In this document: piece after piece, positions 35,185 to 45,929 of the stretch
Numbering within the stretch: the stretch's first letter is position 1
How the letters are laid out: every line of letters begins with the position of its first letter
Source: TPA_inf: Saccharomyces
Taxonomy: Eukaryota
DNA length: 64,000 bases
NCBI GenBank assembly: GCA_000146045.2
Contig: BK006946.2
Location: forward strand, 704,001 to 768,000
Reading direction: 5' to 3'
The notes under the pieces: model-generated
What the model was told of the DNA's origin: nothing
The model's input: the letters and a program-made list of their open reading frames with translations, nothing else
Databases searched by the model: none
Position numbers and translations under genes: made by a program

Positions 35185-35865
35185 ATGGCCGACATCAATA
35201 AATATATTCCGATGGTTGACGCTATTTTGAGCGTATCCAACCCCGATGAAATAAGCCCAAAAAGGGTGAGGAAAGCCCTGCAAATTCTCTATTCAGTTAA
35301 TTTGGATTCACAAAGAAAGTTAATTAATGAATTGATTCTTGAGAGGTTCGGCGATATACAAGAAAACCCAAGAGTCTTAATTCCGAAGAACGACCTCATT
35401 AGTCGGGATCAAGAACTATCTTTGAGGTTACAGAAGGAAGAAGAAAGACCCTTGAGGTCTACGAGGAAAAGGAAAGGTAAAAGTGAAAGTAAATCTAAAA
35501 GGAAGAAGAAAAAGAATGATAGTCCTGATTCCAACAGCATTTCCGTCCGCAAAGTTCTGTTGTCAGCTCCTTTACAAAAGTTTCTAGGATCTGAAGAACT
35601 GCCACGAACGCAAGTAGTGAAGATGATATGGCAGTATATCAAAGAGCATGATCTTCAAAACCCAAAAGATCGTAGAGAAATTCTATGCGATGAGAAGATG
35701 GAACCAATTTTTGGCAAAAAAATGACGATGTTTTCAATGAATAAACTCTTAACTAAGCACTTGTTTAATCCCGATGAAATTGTGAAACATGAAGAGGAAC
35801 AAAAGCAAACACCCGAAAAAGAAATCAAATTGGAAAACGAATCTCTTCCCAATTTAAGCGGTTGA
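35185..35865 (+). CDS. TRI1: TRI1, protein with DEK-C and SWIB/MDM2 domains, 226 aa
   Basis: N-terminal DEK-C-like segment (ISPKRVRKALQ), a basic linker and a SWIB-like block (LSAPLQKFLGSEELPRTQVVKMIWQYIKEHDLQNP). Confidence 0.8.
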   Translation: MADINKYIPMVDAILSVSNPDEISPKRVRKALQILYSVNLDSQRKLINELILERFGDIQENPRVLIPKNDLISRDQELSLRLQKEEERPLRSTRKRKGKSESKSKRKKKKNDSPDSNSISVRKVLLSAPLQKFLGSEELPRTQVVKMIWQYIKEHDLQNPKDRREILCDEKMEPIFGKKMTMFSMNKLLTKHLFNPDEIVKHEEEQKQTPEKEIKLENESLPNLSG

Positions 35866-36265
35866 TCTTGGCTGTAGCACTTATACAAATTTAATGATTT
35901 TTTTTCCTCTTTGATGACATGTATAAAGCACACTGCACCTACTGTATTGTACTTGAAACAGGTAAATTAACAATTAATGTAGCATTAGTAATAAATAATT
36001 TCACTTCACGGCGTTAAAGAAATACTATGGCAAATTCGATTTGAGAATTTCGTCAAATTCTGATGATATCAATTAATGGCATATTTTTTTTATTTTTTAT
36101 CTGGAGAAAAAAATGTAAAAATGACAGCAGCATCAACAATGAATAAAAGCAAGTACAATAGTCGTAAAGATCTATATTAATTTCATGGCAGCACAATAAT
36201 ACACGTTGTTTAAATTAGTTAAAGTGTCACTCCTTGCTTATCGAAGGAACTATCGATTCCTAATT

Positions 36266-37312
36266 ATGGCAAGGCAAGGGAACTTCTACGCGGTTAGAAA
36301 GGGCAGGGAAACTGGGATCTATAATACATGGAATGAATGTAAAAACCAAGTTGATGGTTATGGTGGTGCAATTTATAAAAAATTTAACAGCTACGAGCAA
36401 GCGAAATCTTTCCTAGGTCAACCAAATACTACATCAAACTATGGAAGTTCAACGCATGCTGGAGGGCAAGTTAGTAAACCTCATACCACTCAAAAGCGAG
36501 TTCATCGAAGGAATCGGCCACTTCATTATTCCTCCTTGACATCGTCATCAGCATGTTCATCTTTAAGCTCTGCTAATACAAATACCTTTTATTCAGTAAA
36601 GAGTAATGTTCCAAATATCGAGAGTAAAATCTTTAACAATTGGAAAGACTGTCAAGCCTATGTCAAGCATAAAAGGGGTATAACCTTCAAGAAGTTTGAA
36701 GACCAATTAGCTGCGGAAAACTTCATTAGTGGTATGAGTGCGCATGATTACAAGCTCATGAATATATCCAAAGAAAGTTTTGAATCTAAGTATAAGCTTT
36801 CTAGCAATACCATGTACAACAAGTCTATGAACGTTTACTGTGATGGTTCAAGTTTTGGAAACGGCACGTCATCTTCAAGGGCAGGTTATGGTGCATATTT
36901 TGAAGGAGCGCCAGAGGAAAATATTTCAGAACCCTTATTATCGGGAGCTCAAACTAATAATAGAGCTGAAATCGAAGCAGTATCAGAAGCTTTGAAGAAA
37001 ATCTGGGAAAAGTTAACTAATGAAAAGGAAAAAGTAAATTATCAAATCAAAACTGATTCAGAGTACGTAACCAAATTATTAAATGACAGGTATATGACGT
37101 ATGATAATAAAAAACTTGAAGGGCTACCTAATTCTGATTTAATTGTTCCTTTGGTGCAGAGGTTCGTTAAAGTTAAAAAGTACTATGAGTTGAATAAAGA
37201 GTGCTTCAAAAATAATGGTAAATTTCAGATTGAATGGGTAAAAGGACACGATGGTGATCCAGGAAATGAAATGGCAGATTTTCTGGCGAAGAAAGGAGCA
37301 TCTAGACGATAA
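36266..37312 (+). CDS. RNH1: RNH1, RNase H1, 348 aa, with N-terminal hybrid-binding domains and a C-terminal RNase H domain
   Basis: The start MARQGNFYAVRKGR is the in-frame ATG at 36266. The motif FYAV..GxxxGIY..W occurs twice, and the C-terminal catalytic residues include YCDGSS and TNNRAE. Confidence 0.85.
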   Translation: MARQGNFYAVRKGRETGIYNTWNECKNQVDGYGGAIYKKFNSYEQAKSFLGQPNTTSNYGSSTHAGGQVSKPHTTQKRVHRRNRPLHYSSLTSSSACSSLSSANTNTFYSVKSNVPNIESKIFNNWKDCQAYVKHKRGITFKKFEDQLAAENFISGMSAHDYKLMNISKESFESKYKLSSNTMYNKSMNVYCDGSSFGNGTSSSRAGYGAYFEGAPEENISEPLLSGAQTNNRAEIEAVSEALKKIWEKLTNEKEKVNYQIKTDSEYVTKLLNDRYMTYDNKKLEGLPNSDLIVPLVQRFVKVKKYYELNKECFKNNGKFQIEWVKGHDGDPGNEMADFLAKKGASRR

Positions 37313-37511
37313 TGCTGTTTTTTGCTTGGCTTCTTACTGGACCTGTTGTACCTGTAATAGAAATATATATTTTATATCTTTTGCATACATATACATACAT
37401 CAGCTATTTGGTTTTTTAACTTACCCGATAACTATCTATAAGCGTGTCACCATGATATTTGCCTGAACCTCGTCCACAGTTGATTGTGTTTATTTTTACT
37501 TTTATTCATAG

Positions 37512-38735
37512 CTATTTGATTTCAGTTTCAGCTAAACGTTCAGCAAGATCATCTACTTGTACTTCTAGCAGTTCCTTTTCAAGCCTTTCCGTTTCAATTT
37601 CTTCGAGTTTTTCATCCTCGTCCTCGTCTTCCTCGTCCTCGCCTTCCTCATCTTCACTATCGACCTCTTCAAAATCGTCAACCTCTAAATCATCAAATTT
37701 GCTTTGGAGCAAATCTAAAGCATCAGAATCTTCATCTAATCTGTTACCATTTATTTCTAGCTTTTCCAATTCAGGTAAATTTCCCTTTTCCATAGCCGGT
37801 AAGAAGGATACTTCAATGGTTTCTTGAGCCATTTCATTATATTCGAATTTCAAGACATGCAAATTGGGGAATTTAACTTCGGTGAATACTTTAAAGACTT
37901 CATCTGAACCAGCAGTTTTCAAAAGACAGTCGTTCAAATTCAATTCAAATAAACTATCCTTCCATGTAGGCAAGGCCTTAGCAAGGATCAAAGAAGCATG
38001 TTTCGTGAAAGTATTGTCTTGAAGATCCAAGATTTCCAAGTTTTTCAAGTACTGTAAACCGTAATGAATTAGCGTGGCGACACCTTTAGGCCTAATACCA
38101 TTTTGGTACAGCTTTACGACTTTCAAACCTTCGGAGTGGCTTTTCAAACCCAGAGCTAAGTAGACTGCGGATCCATTCTCTAATCTATTTCTACCACAGA
38201 TAAAAGTTTCCAAAAATGGTTTGGAAGCAGCTTTCTTATTTTGAGCGAGATGAAATAGGGCCTTACCAATCCTTTCACCAGCAAAAGGGCCCATACCATT
38301 GTTACTTAAGATCAAATGTTTGATATTCACGGCATGTGCAATGTAATCTTCTAGTAACTCGATTGTTCTTAGCCCAAACGCATTATCAGAAAGGTTCACA
38401 ATCTCCAAGTGAGGACATTTCAACAGAACAGGCAATAAAAACTTCAACGAATCAACGACTTCGTCAACCAACCTCGAAGTGTATAAGTCAGCAAAATTTA
38501 CTTCAACCAAAGATTCCCTGACCTGTGTATTTTCAGCGATGCATTTAGCTAATGCTTCCGAAGCTTCAGTACCGATTGTATTCCCTGAAAGGTCTAATTT
38601 GGTACAGGTTTTCAAAGCTGCCAATTCTTCCAGGTATGGTTTGATATCGTCACTGGTTGTTAACTTGAGTGCCTTCCCAGAGATGGAGTAAACTTGTTCT
38701 TCCTCGTGCTGAGGAACGAAGTGCAAGGTAGCCAT
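37512..38735 (-). CDS. RNA1: RNA1, the Ran GTPase-activating protein, 407 aa, with leucine-rich repeats and an acidic tail
   Basis: LRR periodicity throughout, a poly-Asp/Glu C-terminus and a 407-aa length. Confidence 0.9.
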   Translation of the reverse strand: MATLHFVPQHEEEQVYSISGKALKLTTSDDIKPYLEELAALKTCTKLDLSGNTIGTEASEALAKCIAENTQVRESLVEVNFADLYTSRLVDEVVDSLKFLLPVLLKCPHLEIVNLSDNAFGLRTIELLEDYIAHAVNIKHLILSNNGMGPFAGERIGKALFHLAQNKKAASKPFLETFICGRNRLENGSAVYLALGLKSHSEGLKVVKLYQNGIRPKGVATLIHYGLQYLKNLEILDLQDNTFTKHASLILAKALPTWKDSLFELNLNDCLLKTAGSDEVFKVFTEVKFPNLHVLKFEYNEMAQETIEVSFLPAMEKGNLPELEKLEINGNRLDEDSDALDLLQSKFDDLEVDDFEEVDSEDEEGEDEEDEDEDEKLEEIETERLEKELLEVQVDDLAERLAETEIK

Positions 38736-38970
38736 AGCTAAAAATCTGTTTCGAAAGACAGCCTGTTAAAATGGCCTATATTCACCTTTTACCGTGATAT
38801 TATGCCTTTGATCAATATCTTCCTAATAAATTTTTTTCCATTAATTGTCCCACAACGTGCATAGTGACATGCATTCCATGACCAAACTAAGAGCTTTAAA
38901 TCAAAAGTAGAATTTGACATTATGAAACAACACGACAACAAGAAAAGACTAGAGGACTTCACAGACCATT

Positions 38971-39444
38971 ATGAACGGCGGAGGCAAGAATGTTTTGAAT
39001 AAAAACTCAGTGGGCTCAGTATCAGAAGTTGGTCCGGACTCAACACAAGAGGAAACGCCACGAGATGTCCGTCTTTTGCATCTGCTCCTCGCATCACAGT
39101 CGATTCATCAATATGAGGACCAAGTACCGCTACAATTGATGGATTTTGCACATAGGTACACACAAGGAGTCCTTAAGGACGCGTTGGTTTACAACGACTA
39201 CGCTGGCAGTGGAAATTCTGCCGGCAGTGGATTAGGAGTAGAAGACATACGGCTTGCCATTGCAGCGAGAACACAATACCAATTTAAGCCTACGGCACCT
39301 AAGGAGCTCATGTTACAGTTAGCTGCGGAAAGAAACAAGAAGGCATTACCTCAAGTGATGGGTACGTGGGGTGTCAGGCTTCCCCCAGAAAAATATTGTC
39401 TCACAGCGAAGGAGTGGGACCTTGAGGACCCAAAGTCTATGTGA
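38971..39444 (+). CDS. TAF9: TAF9, histone-fold TFIID/SAGA subunit, 157 aa
   Basis: A 157-aa ORF with an H3-like histone fold (RDVRLLHLLLASQSIHQYEDQVPLQLMDFAHRYT). Confidence 0.85.
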   Translation: MNGGGKNVLNKNSVGSVSEVGPDSTQEETPRDVRLLHLLLASQSIHQYEDQVPLQLMDFAHRYTQGVLKDALVYNDYAGSGNSAGSGLGVEDIRLAIAARTQYQFKPTAPKELMLQLAAERNKKALPQVMGTWGVRLPPEKYCLTAKEWDLEDPKSM

Positions 39445-39748
39445 ATGCACCGCTTATATATCATAAGTACACTAAATCAAGTTCTTCCGGAAGATGCGTC
39501 ATGTAGAATGCATAATAGAGTAATATACACTAAATAATGCGCTAGTCGTGTATCGTGATCATGTTCTCTAATGTTCTTTTTCCTGCCTGCCCTTTCCTAC
39601 ATGGAAAGTTAGAGAAATGAGATCTACACGATAATGTAGTAACAAATGGACCCTTAAACATCTCAATTCATCTTCTTGAGAGCACTTTCCGCGCTGTATT
39701 GATTTTTAGAACGTGAAAAGGATAAACTGAAAACTTGAAGTCCTAACC

Positions 39749-41923
39749 ATGTTGTCTCAAACCTCCATACCGGAAGTGAAAGAAGACGTGATAGGCTATG
39801 CGCTACACCAGAGGAGAGCCAGAGTGGGACAATTCCAAGACTTGGGTCCGCCTGATTTAATTACTTTGATCAAATCGTTACCTTCATCCTCGAGCACAAC
39901 AACTGCTACTGCCTCCGCCAACGATAACGGAGCAACTTCAAACATCAATGGACAAGATCCTACGACCATAGTTACGGAGTTACATTCCCATGACAAATTA
40001 AAGGGGCAGATCGGCACTTTCTTTTACTGTATGGGTATCGATACTTCGGATCCAACTTCTATTACAATCTTTGCCAAAAAGATAACCGATCTTTTCTTAG
40101 ACACGCCCCAAATTTGGTTTGGTAAGAAGAAGCACTTTCACGTATCGAAGATTTCTATCAGTTCTTGGAATGCGTTTAGGAAATATGATGTTAACATTAT
40201 AGTTCACATTCCAGGAACTGTGCAAACCTACATTATAAATAGCGACGGTGAACAATCGCAACTTCCCTCCGTGGCAGAAGCGTCATCTGGCCGCAACTCA
40301 CAGGATTTAAACGTCAACATGATTTGGGCGGAAACGTTTATGAGTGGTATTGTACGTGACATTATGATTATGAAAGATAATCGTGCGGATGGAGAATCCC
40401 AGAATTTGGTAGAAACACTAATTTTCAATCCATTTACCTCGGGTGAGTTGGAAGATGTTGCCAATAACTTTATTAAACTGTTCCCCTTGGTCTATGAAAA
40501 AGGTGTTTATTTAGATGCACCTACTCACGTTTTAAATCCCTCGTTAACCAATAATTATTTAGTGGAAACTTTAGTGGAAATAGTTAGGTTAACTAAGAGT
40601 TTGGAAGCATGTCGTAAAATGCTCAAGAAGTTAATAGAAATTCATCCAGAAGCAGTAATAATATTAATTCGTGTTTATTTTGCGTGCGATTTAGAGATAG
40701 ATGCAGTTGACCTGATCAACGAGCAACTAAATTCCCCCTCTTCGTTCTTAGCCGACGATTCAAAGACTAGCCATATCCAGCTAATCTTCAAATCCGAATT
40801 ATTAAGTATTCAAAGTGAATTCTTACTGGATGTCAAGAGAGATTACAAGCTTGCTAAGGAAGTAGCCATGGAGGCTGTTAACTGTGCACCAAACGAATTT
40901 AAAACTTGGTATTTATTGACTAGAATATACATTAAACTAAACGATATGTCAAATGCCTTGCTATCGTTAAACGCCTGCCCCATGTCACAGGTTAAGGAAA
41001 AATACGTTCTTAGAAGAATTGCGCCTATTACTTCAGATGAAAATCTTCATCTGCCATTACCATTGGATGCCTCAATTGAGGAGATTTCGTCATTGAACCC
41101 CATGGATGTCCAGTTGGAGCAAAAGTCCGCAGATCCAAACCTAGTCAATCTCTCTGCGTCAAGTTTAAAGTCTACTTTCCAACTAGCCTATAAATTATTG
41201 ACAGAAATTGTCCAAATAACAGGATGGGAGCAGCTGTTGAAATATAGATCAAAAATTTTCGTTATGGAAGACGAGTACCAAGGCTCCACTTCTTCCATTG
41301 ATGAAGCAGAAGTTCGCGGTAATGATATATCCAAAATGAGATCAAAGAGGCTATGCGAAAGATGGTTGGATAATCTCTTCATGTTACTATACGAAGATTT
41401 GAAAACTTACACCGATTGGCAATCAGAGCAATTGTATTTTGATGCTCAAAACAGTAAATATCACAAATTAACTGTTGAATGGGAATTATTCGGCCTTTGT
41501 GCGAAAAGACTGGGACATCTTCCAGAAGCTGCGAAGGCTTTCCAAATTGGGCTTTCCCAAAGATTTTCTCCAGTATGCGCAAAGAATCTATTACAGTTTT
41601 ACATTGACGAGCATAAGCGTATTAGGAGGGATTCAGTCTCAGCAAACTCCGAGTTAACCTCTTCTCAAATATTGTCAAGTATCAATGACATCGACAGCTC
41701 AATCATCGATCTAGTAGTCAAGATTTGTTGCTGGAATCATCGTTGGTACATCGAGTTCTCAATAATATTAATAGATGCTCTGAGTGTTGCAGTACAAGAT
41801 ATGGGCATTACTAAAGTACATAATGAAATTGCCTCTAGATTTTCTGACCCAGTAGCCCAATTGATTGACGATAACATTCTAAATTTTCTGAAGAATTTCA
41901 CGAATGACACTTTCGATAATTAG
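39749..41923 (+). CDS. BCH1: BCH1, ChAPs family member and exomer cargo adaptor, 724 aa
   Basis: A 724-aa ORF at the YMR237W position. Confidence 0.8.
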   Translation: MLSQTSIPEVKEDVIGYALHQRRARVGQFQDLGPPDLITLIKSLPSSSSTTTATASANDNGATSNINGQDPTTIVTELHSHDKLKGQIGTFFYCMGIDTSDPTSITIFAKKITDLFLDTPQIWFGKKKHFHVSKISISSWNAFRKYDVNIIVHIPGTVQTYIINSDGEQSQLPSVAEASSGRNSQDLNVNMIWAETFMSGIVRDIMIMKDNRADGESQNLVETLIFNPFTSGELEDVANNFIKLFPLVYEKGVYLDAPTHVLNPSLTNNYLVETLVEIVRLTKSLEACRKMLKKLIEIHPEAVIILIRVYFACDLEIDAVDLINEQLNSPSSFLADDSKTSHIQLIFKSELLSIQSEFLLDVKRDYKLAKEVAMEAVNCAPNEFKTWYLLTRIYIKLNDMSNALLSLNACPMSQVKEKYVLRRIAPITSDENLHLPLPLDASIEEISSLNPMDVQLEQKSADPNLVNLSASSLKSTFQLAYKLLTEIVQITGWEQLLKYRSKIFVMEDEYQGSTSSIDEAEVRGNDISKMRSKRLCERWLDNLFMLLYEDLKTYTDWQSEQLYFDAQNSKYHKLTVEWELFGLCAKRLGHLPEAAKAFQIGLSQRFSPVCAKNLLQFYIDEHKRIRRDSVSANSELTSSQILSSINDIDSSIIDLVVKICCWNHRWYIEFSIILIDALSVAVQDMGITKVHNEIASRFSDPVAQLIDDNILNFLKNFTNDTFDN

Positions 41924-42352
41924 AAAAAGATGAATACAATCAATAAAAAGGTGAAAGAAATCAATTAACAAGAAACGGGTTATGTATTTTATGTATGATA
42001 TCCTGGCATTGTCATGTATAGGTCACCTTCTTGGGGAATTTCCCATTTTCAAGTTATTCTGCCTCTAATGCGATAACCGTAATCTTAAATTGTTTAATTT
42101 CTTTTTCACAATCTGAGCCACGCCCGAAAAAAAAACAATGTAATCCGCGTAAAGCGAAACTGAGTATAACCCAAAAATAGAATGTAAATTAATGAAAAGC
42201 CCATTTCTCCAAAAGATCAGCTTTACTCAAATATCTAATTAAGTAATTGACTGTGTACATTGTCCTTTATCTCATTTTGAATCACCTTTATTAATTTTTG
42301 GTTGTTATATAGGACGAACAAATTAGAACGAAATCATATCCAGAACGCAGAT

Positions 42353-43729
42353 ATGATCGTCAATATTAGTGCGAAGATGATCTTATCGATATGCTTTACG
42401 TTTCTGTCATTTTTTAAAGCCACTCATGCCATGGATTTGGATACTACTAGCAAAACGTCAATTTGTGATGCGACAGCGTTAATTCAAGGTGGTATGCTGG
42501 ATTACTATGAGGGTACTAGATACGGTGGTACCGTTGGGATGTTTCAGTCACCATACTATTGGTGGCATGCAGGGGAAGCATTTGGTGGCATGTTGGAAAA
42601 TTGGTTTCTTTGTGAGAATGATACATATCAAGAATTACTATACGATGCACTATTAGCGCAAACTGGTTCCAATTACGATTATATCCCGTCCAACCAAACG
42701 ATGGTTGAGGGGAATGATGACCAAGGTATTTGGGGTATTACTGTTATGGGTGCTGTCGAGAGAAATTTTACAGACCCCGGTGACGGCAAGCCAGGTTGGT
42801 TGGCAATGGTACAAGCTGTTTTCAACACCATGTACTCAAGATGGGATTCAGAGCACTGTGGCGGTGGTCTGAGATGGCAAATTTTCACTTGGAATAGTGG
42901 TTATAATTATAAAAATACAGTTTCAAATGCATGTTTGTTCCAGATTGCGGCGAGGTTGGGCAGATATACTGGTAACACTACATATTTGGAGGTTGCTGAA
43001 CAGGTTTTCGACTGGCTAGTGGATGTCGGGTATGTGGTTCTTAACGATACTGCAAATGTCTTTGATGGTGCTGAAATTGATACAAATTGCACTGATATTA
43101 CAAAAATTGAATGGACTTATAATCACGGTATCGTGCTTGGTGGTCTTGCATACATGTATAATGCTACAAATGGAACAGGTGAATGGGAGACCAGTTTGAC
43201 AAAAATTCTAAATGGTGCTAAATCTTATTTCTTCAAAGATAGTATTATGTACGAAAGCGCTTGTCAAGACTATGGCACCTGTAACACCGATCAAAGAACA
43301 TTCAAAAGTATTTTTTCTCGTATGCTTGGTCTTACAAGTGTCATGGCTCCCTTTACTAGGGACACAATTGATGATTTGATAAAAACAAGTGCTGAGGCCG
43401 CTGCAAAATCATGTAATGGTGGTACAGATGGGCATACATGTGGTTTAAATTGGCAGAAACAAACCAATGATGGCTACTATGGATTAGGTGAGCAAATGAG
43501 TGCTCTAGAAGTTATTCAAAATCTTTTAATTCATGACAGGCCAGCTCCATATAAGGAAGATAATGGCGGTACGTCAAAAGGTGACGCGAATGCCGGTATG
43601 AACTCATCGACCACTAACGTGCTACAAAACAATTTAAACATTAAGAAAGGTGATCGCGCTGGTGCCGCTATCATCACAGCAGTCATACTGAGTGTGCTAA
43701 CTGGTGGGGCTGTGTGGATGCTGTTTTAA
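42353..43729 (+). CDS. DFG5: DFG5, GPI-anchored GH76 alpha-1,6-mannanase-like cell-wall protein, 458 aa
   Basis: The start MIVNISAKMILSICFTFLSFFKATHA is a signal peptide. The GH76 core is present, and the sequence ends in a hydrophobic GPI signal (AAIITAVILSVLTGGAVWMLF). Confidence 0.85.
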   Translation: MIVNISAKMILSICFTFLSFFKATHAMDLDTTSKTSICDATALIQGGMLDYYEGTRYGGTVGMFQSPYYWWHAGEAFGGMLENWFLCENDTYQELLYDALLAQTGSNYDYIPSNQTMVEGNDDQGIWGITVMGAVERNFTDPGDGKPGWLAMVQAVFNTMYSRWDSEHCGGGLRWQIFTWNSGYNYKNTVSNACLFQIAARLGRYTGNTTYLEVAEQVFDWLVDVGYVVLNDTANVFDGAEIDTNCTDITKIEWTYNHGIVLGGLAYMYNATNGTGEWETSLTKILNGAKSYFFKDSIMYESACQDYGTCNTDQRTFKSIFSRMLGLTSVMAPFTRDTIDDLIKTSAEAAAKSCNGGTDGHTCGLNWQKQTNDGYYGLGEQMSALEVIQNLLIHDRPAPYKEDNGGTSKGDANAGMNSSTTNVLQNNLNIKKGDRAGAAIITAVILSVLTGGAVWMLF

Positions 43730-43891
43730 ATGTGTCAAACTAGGCTCAAAAAAATTTTATTGTATTCTAATATTTAGGCTATCCTTTTCTTTCAGTAAAA
43801 ATGTTTATGTGCTACATACAAAACCCTTCATGATCAAAAACTGATTAAAATTTAGAGAGGAACAATTGTTTTTAAAAAAAATACTAAAAAA

Positions 43892-43963
43892 CACTCACGA
43901 TGGGGGTCGAACCCATAATCTTCTGATTAGAAGTCAGACGCGTTGCCATTACGCCACGCGAGC
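43892..43963 (-). tRNA. tRNA-Arg, anticodon UCU, 72 nt, no intron
   Basis: The minus-strand sequence GCTCGCGTGGCGTAATGGCAACGCGTCTGACTTCTAATCAGAAGATTATGGGTTCGACCCCCATCGTGAGTG folds as a cloverleaf. The acceptor stem is GCTCGCG/CGTGAGT with G-U pairs, the anticodon loop is CT-TCT-AA, and the T-arm is GGTTCGACCCC (B box). Confidence 0.9.
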
Positions 43964-44135
43964 TAGTCATATGTTTCTTTCGTCTTTTTCATCTGATGAC
44001 ATTCTAGTGGAACATTTATGGTAAGATACCGATTCCATTTTAAGGATTTCTATACCCTCGAGGAGAACTTCTAGTACATACATAATTTTATAGCTTTGAC
44101 CAACAATGGAATCCCAAAAATTATCAAATTTTTTA
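43964..44135 (+). mobile_element. Degenerate or truncated solo Ty4 LTR (tau) remnant directly upstream of the tRNA-Arg gene
   Basis: The stretch GATTCCATTTTAAGGATTTCTATACCCTCGAGGAGAACTTCTAGTACATACATAATTTTATAGCTTTGACCAACAATGGAATCCCAAAAATTATCAAA is about 80% identical to my remembered tau LTR 3' portion (...CCTCGAGGAGAACTTCTAGTATATCTACATACCTAATATTATAGCCTTAATCACAATGGAATCCCAACAATTA...). More 5' there are short matches (TAGTCAT, TAGTGGAA). The location 5' of a pol III gene is typical for Ty insertions. Confidence 0.55.
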
Positions 44136-44261
44136 TCAAATATTCAAATATATCAAATATTCTAATGTTTTATAAACGTTTTATGAATGACATATATGCG
44201 ATAATTATATGGCTAAAGAAAATCAATGCAAGTTCCATCATGGTTGTGTAAAAGGAACGTT

Positions 44262-45677
44262 TCAGCTTGTATCTGAGAATTTTCTTTTCTTATTCTTTTG
44301 TGAGGGATCTTTTAACACAGATTCACTCCTAGGAATGGCAGCTCTTTGTTTGGCGTAAAAATCTAACATTTTTTTGTCACGAAGAGCATTTTCTGCAGCC
44401 CTAATACCCGCAATTTTGATATTTCTGCCCACACCGGTCCCTAAAACTGTTCCATCACCTACTCTGCACTCAACTATGGAATTAGGATCAACTGCAGTGG
44501 GTTTTTTTACGGTAACATAATGTAGACGTAATGAAGCATAGCCAATCAAAGAGTAAAGCTGCCTTTTAGCATTCATATCAAGTTTATCCGTCTTCTCCAA
44601 GGCAACTTGATTACGGGTAGCCTCCTCAATGACAGGTTTGGCAAGCTTTCTTAACCATTTTCTTATTTTGGGCAAATTATTCCTTGGATCATCTTCCATC
44701 AAGCCGCCAATGTAAGCTTCGAACACATCTGCATACAGTTTTAGTTTGCCGTTTTGAAAATTGGAATTTTCATCCTTCAAGTCAAAATTTGTCTTAAGTT
44801 TCTCATGGAAATTGTACATTATTGACCATTGTTTGATCTGTTCGTTGCTTACCAAATTCATCCTTAATGTTGATAACTGACCCTCGCTGTAATCGGGAAA
44901 CTTGTTATAAATAATTAATGTCATAACAGAATTTAAGATCGAATCGCCTAGGAATTCTAGTCTTTCATTATGTGCGTTGATCATTTCTGATCCAGACAAG
45001 TAAACTTTATCCTTTATTGTGGATTTGTGAATAAATACCCTGGCCCTAATCGCTAAATCTTGAATCTCTGGTAATTTTGGAGGCCATTTTGTTGCCTTGA
45101 CGATATCACCAGCCTTTGTTGGGTCATAGCTATCTTCTCCTTCGTCTTCTTCTTCATCTTCCTTTTCATTTAAATTTTCGTACACATTTACATCTATTTT
45201 CTCTCGCTTTTCCCTTTTAACTTGTTCTAGCTTCTCTAACTTTTCCATATCAGCTTTACTGATTTCTTGCAATATAGGTTGCTTTTGTTCAGTATCAAAT
45301 TCATTTTCATAATCAGTAATTTCTGTCAAAATTGCGTCTTTTTTAAGATCATGTAAGGTTTTTAATTCAGCTGCCAGTTTTAATTGATAACGTGATAGAG
45401 AAGGAAGTATCTGAACAGGCACTCTATCTTGATTGTTAACGGCTTCATTGTAAGCTACCAAATTTGGTGAAAGTTCAATTATTTTATTGTAAGACTCCAC
45501 CAATTTTGTCACAGCATGTTCTAGTTGAATCACCTCAAGATATTTGTAATTTGATATCTTAAGGTTGCCTTTCAAAAGCGTCTTGGTATTGATATTTTCG
45601 CGCTGCTGTGAACCATTTTCGTTATCTAGTTTATTATCATTCTGGGTTTTCTTTTTACCTGCTACTTTTGAGCCCAT
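44262..45677 (-). CDS. RNT1: RNT1, RNase III, 471 aa
   Basis: The start [22 protein letters not shown] is an in-frame ATG 69 codons inside the ORF-track frame. The RNase III signature ERLEFLGDS and a C-terminal dsRBD are present. Confidence 0.85.
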
Positions 45678-45929
45678 TGTTTTGAAAAGCTTGTAAATAG
45701 GACAGTTTTGCTCTCTTCTATATGCGCATTTACTTGCCTCACTTTGATCGAGCAGGATTCTCCTGAGAGTGACTATATGACCTGATAATGAGATAAATTT
45801 TGCGATGAGCTCATGAAAAATTTCAGCATGGTTTAGGGCCGCATTTAAAAAAGAAAAAAACTCGTACGTGAGAAATAGTACCACATGTAAAATTTTGTAA
45901 AACTGAAGTACCTATGCGATATTTAGTAG

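Noticed and set aside
44140-44200. An AT-rich stretch (TTTTATAAACGTTTTATGAATGA) as a possible ARS consensus
   Set aside because: There is no 11/11 match to WTTTAYRTTTW, and I did not find a convincing ACS plus B-element arrangement anywhere in the window by eye. I cannot call an origin without a PWM scan.
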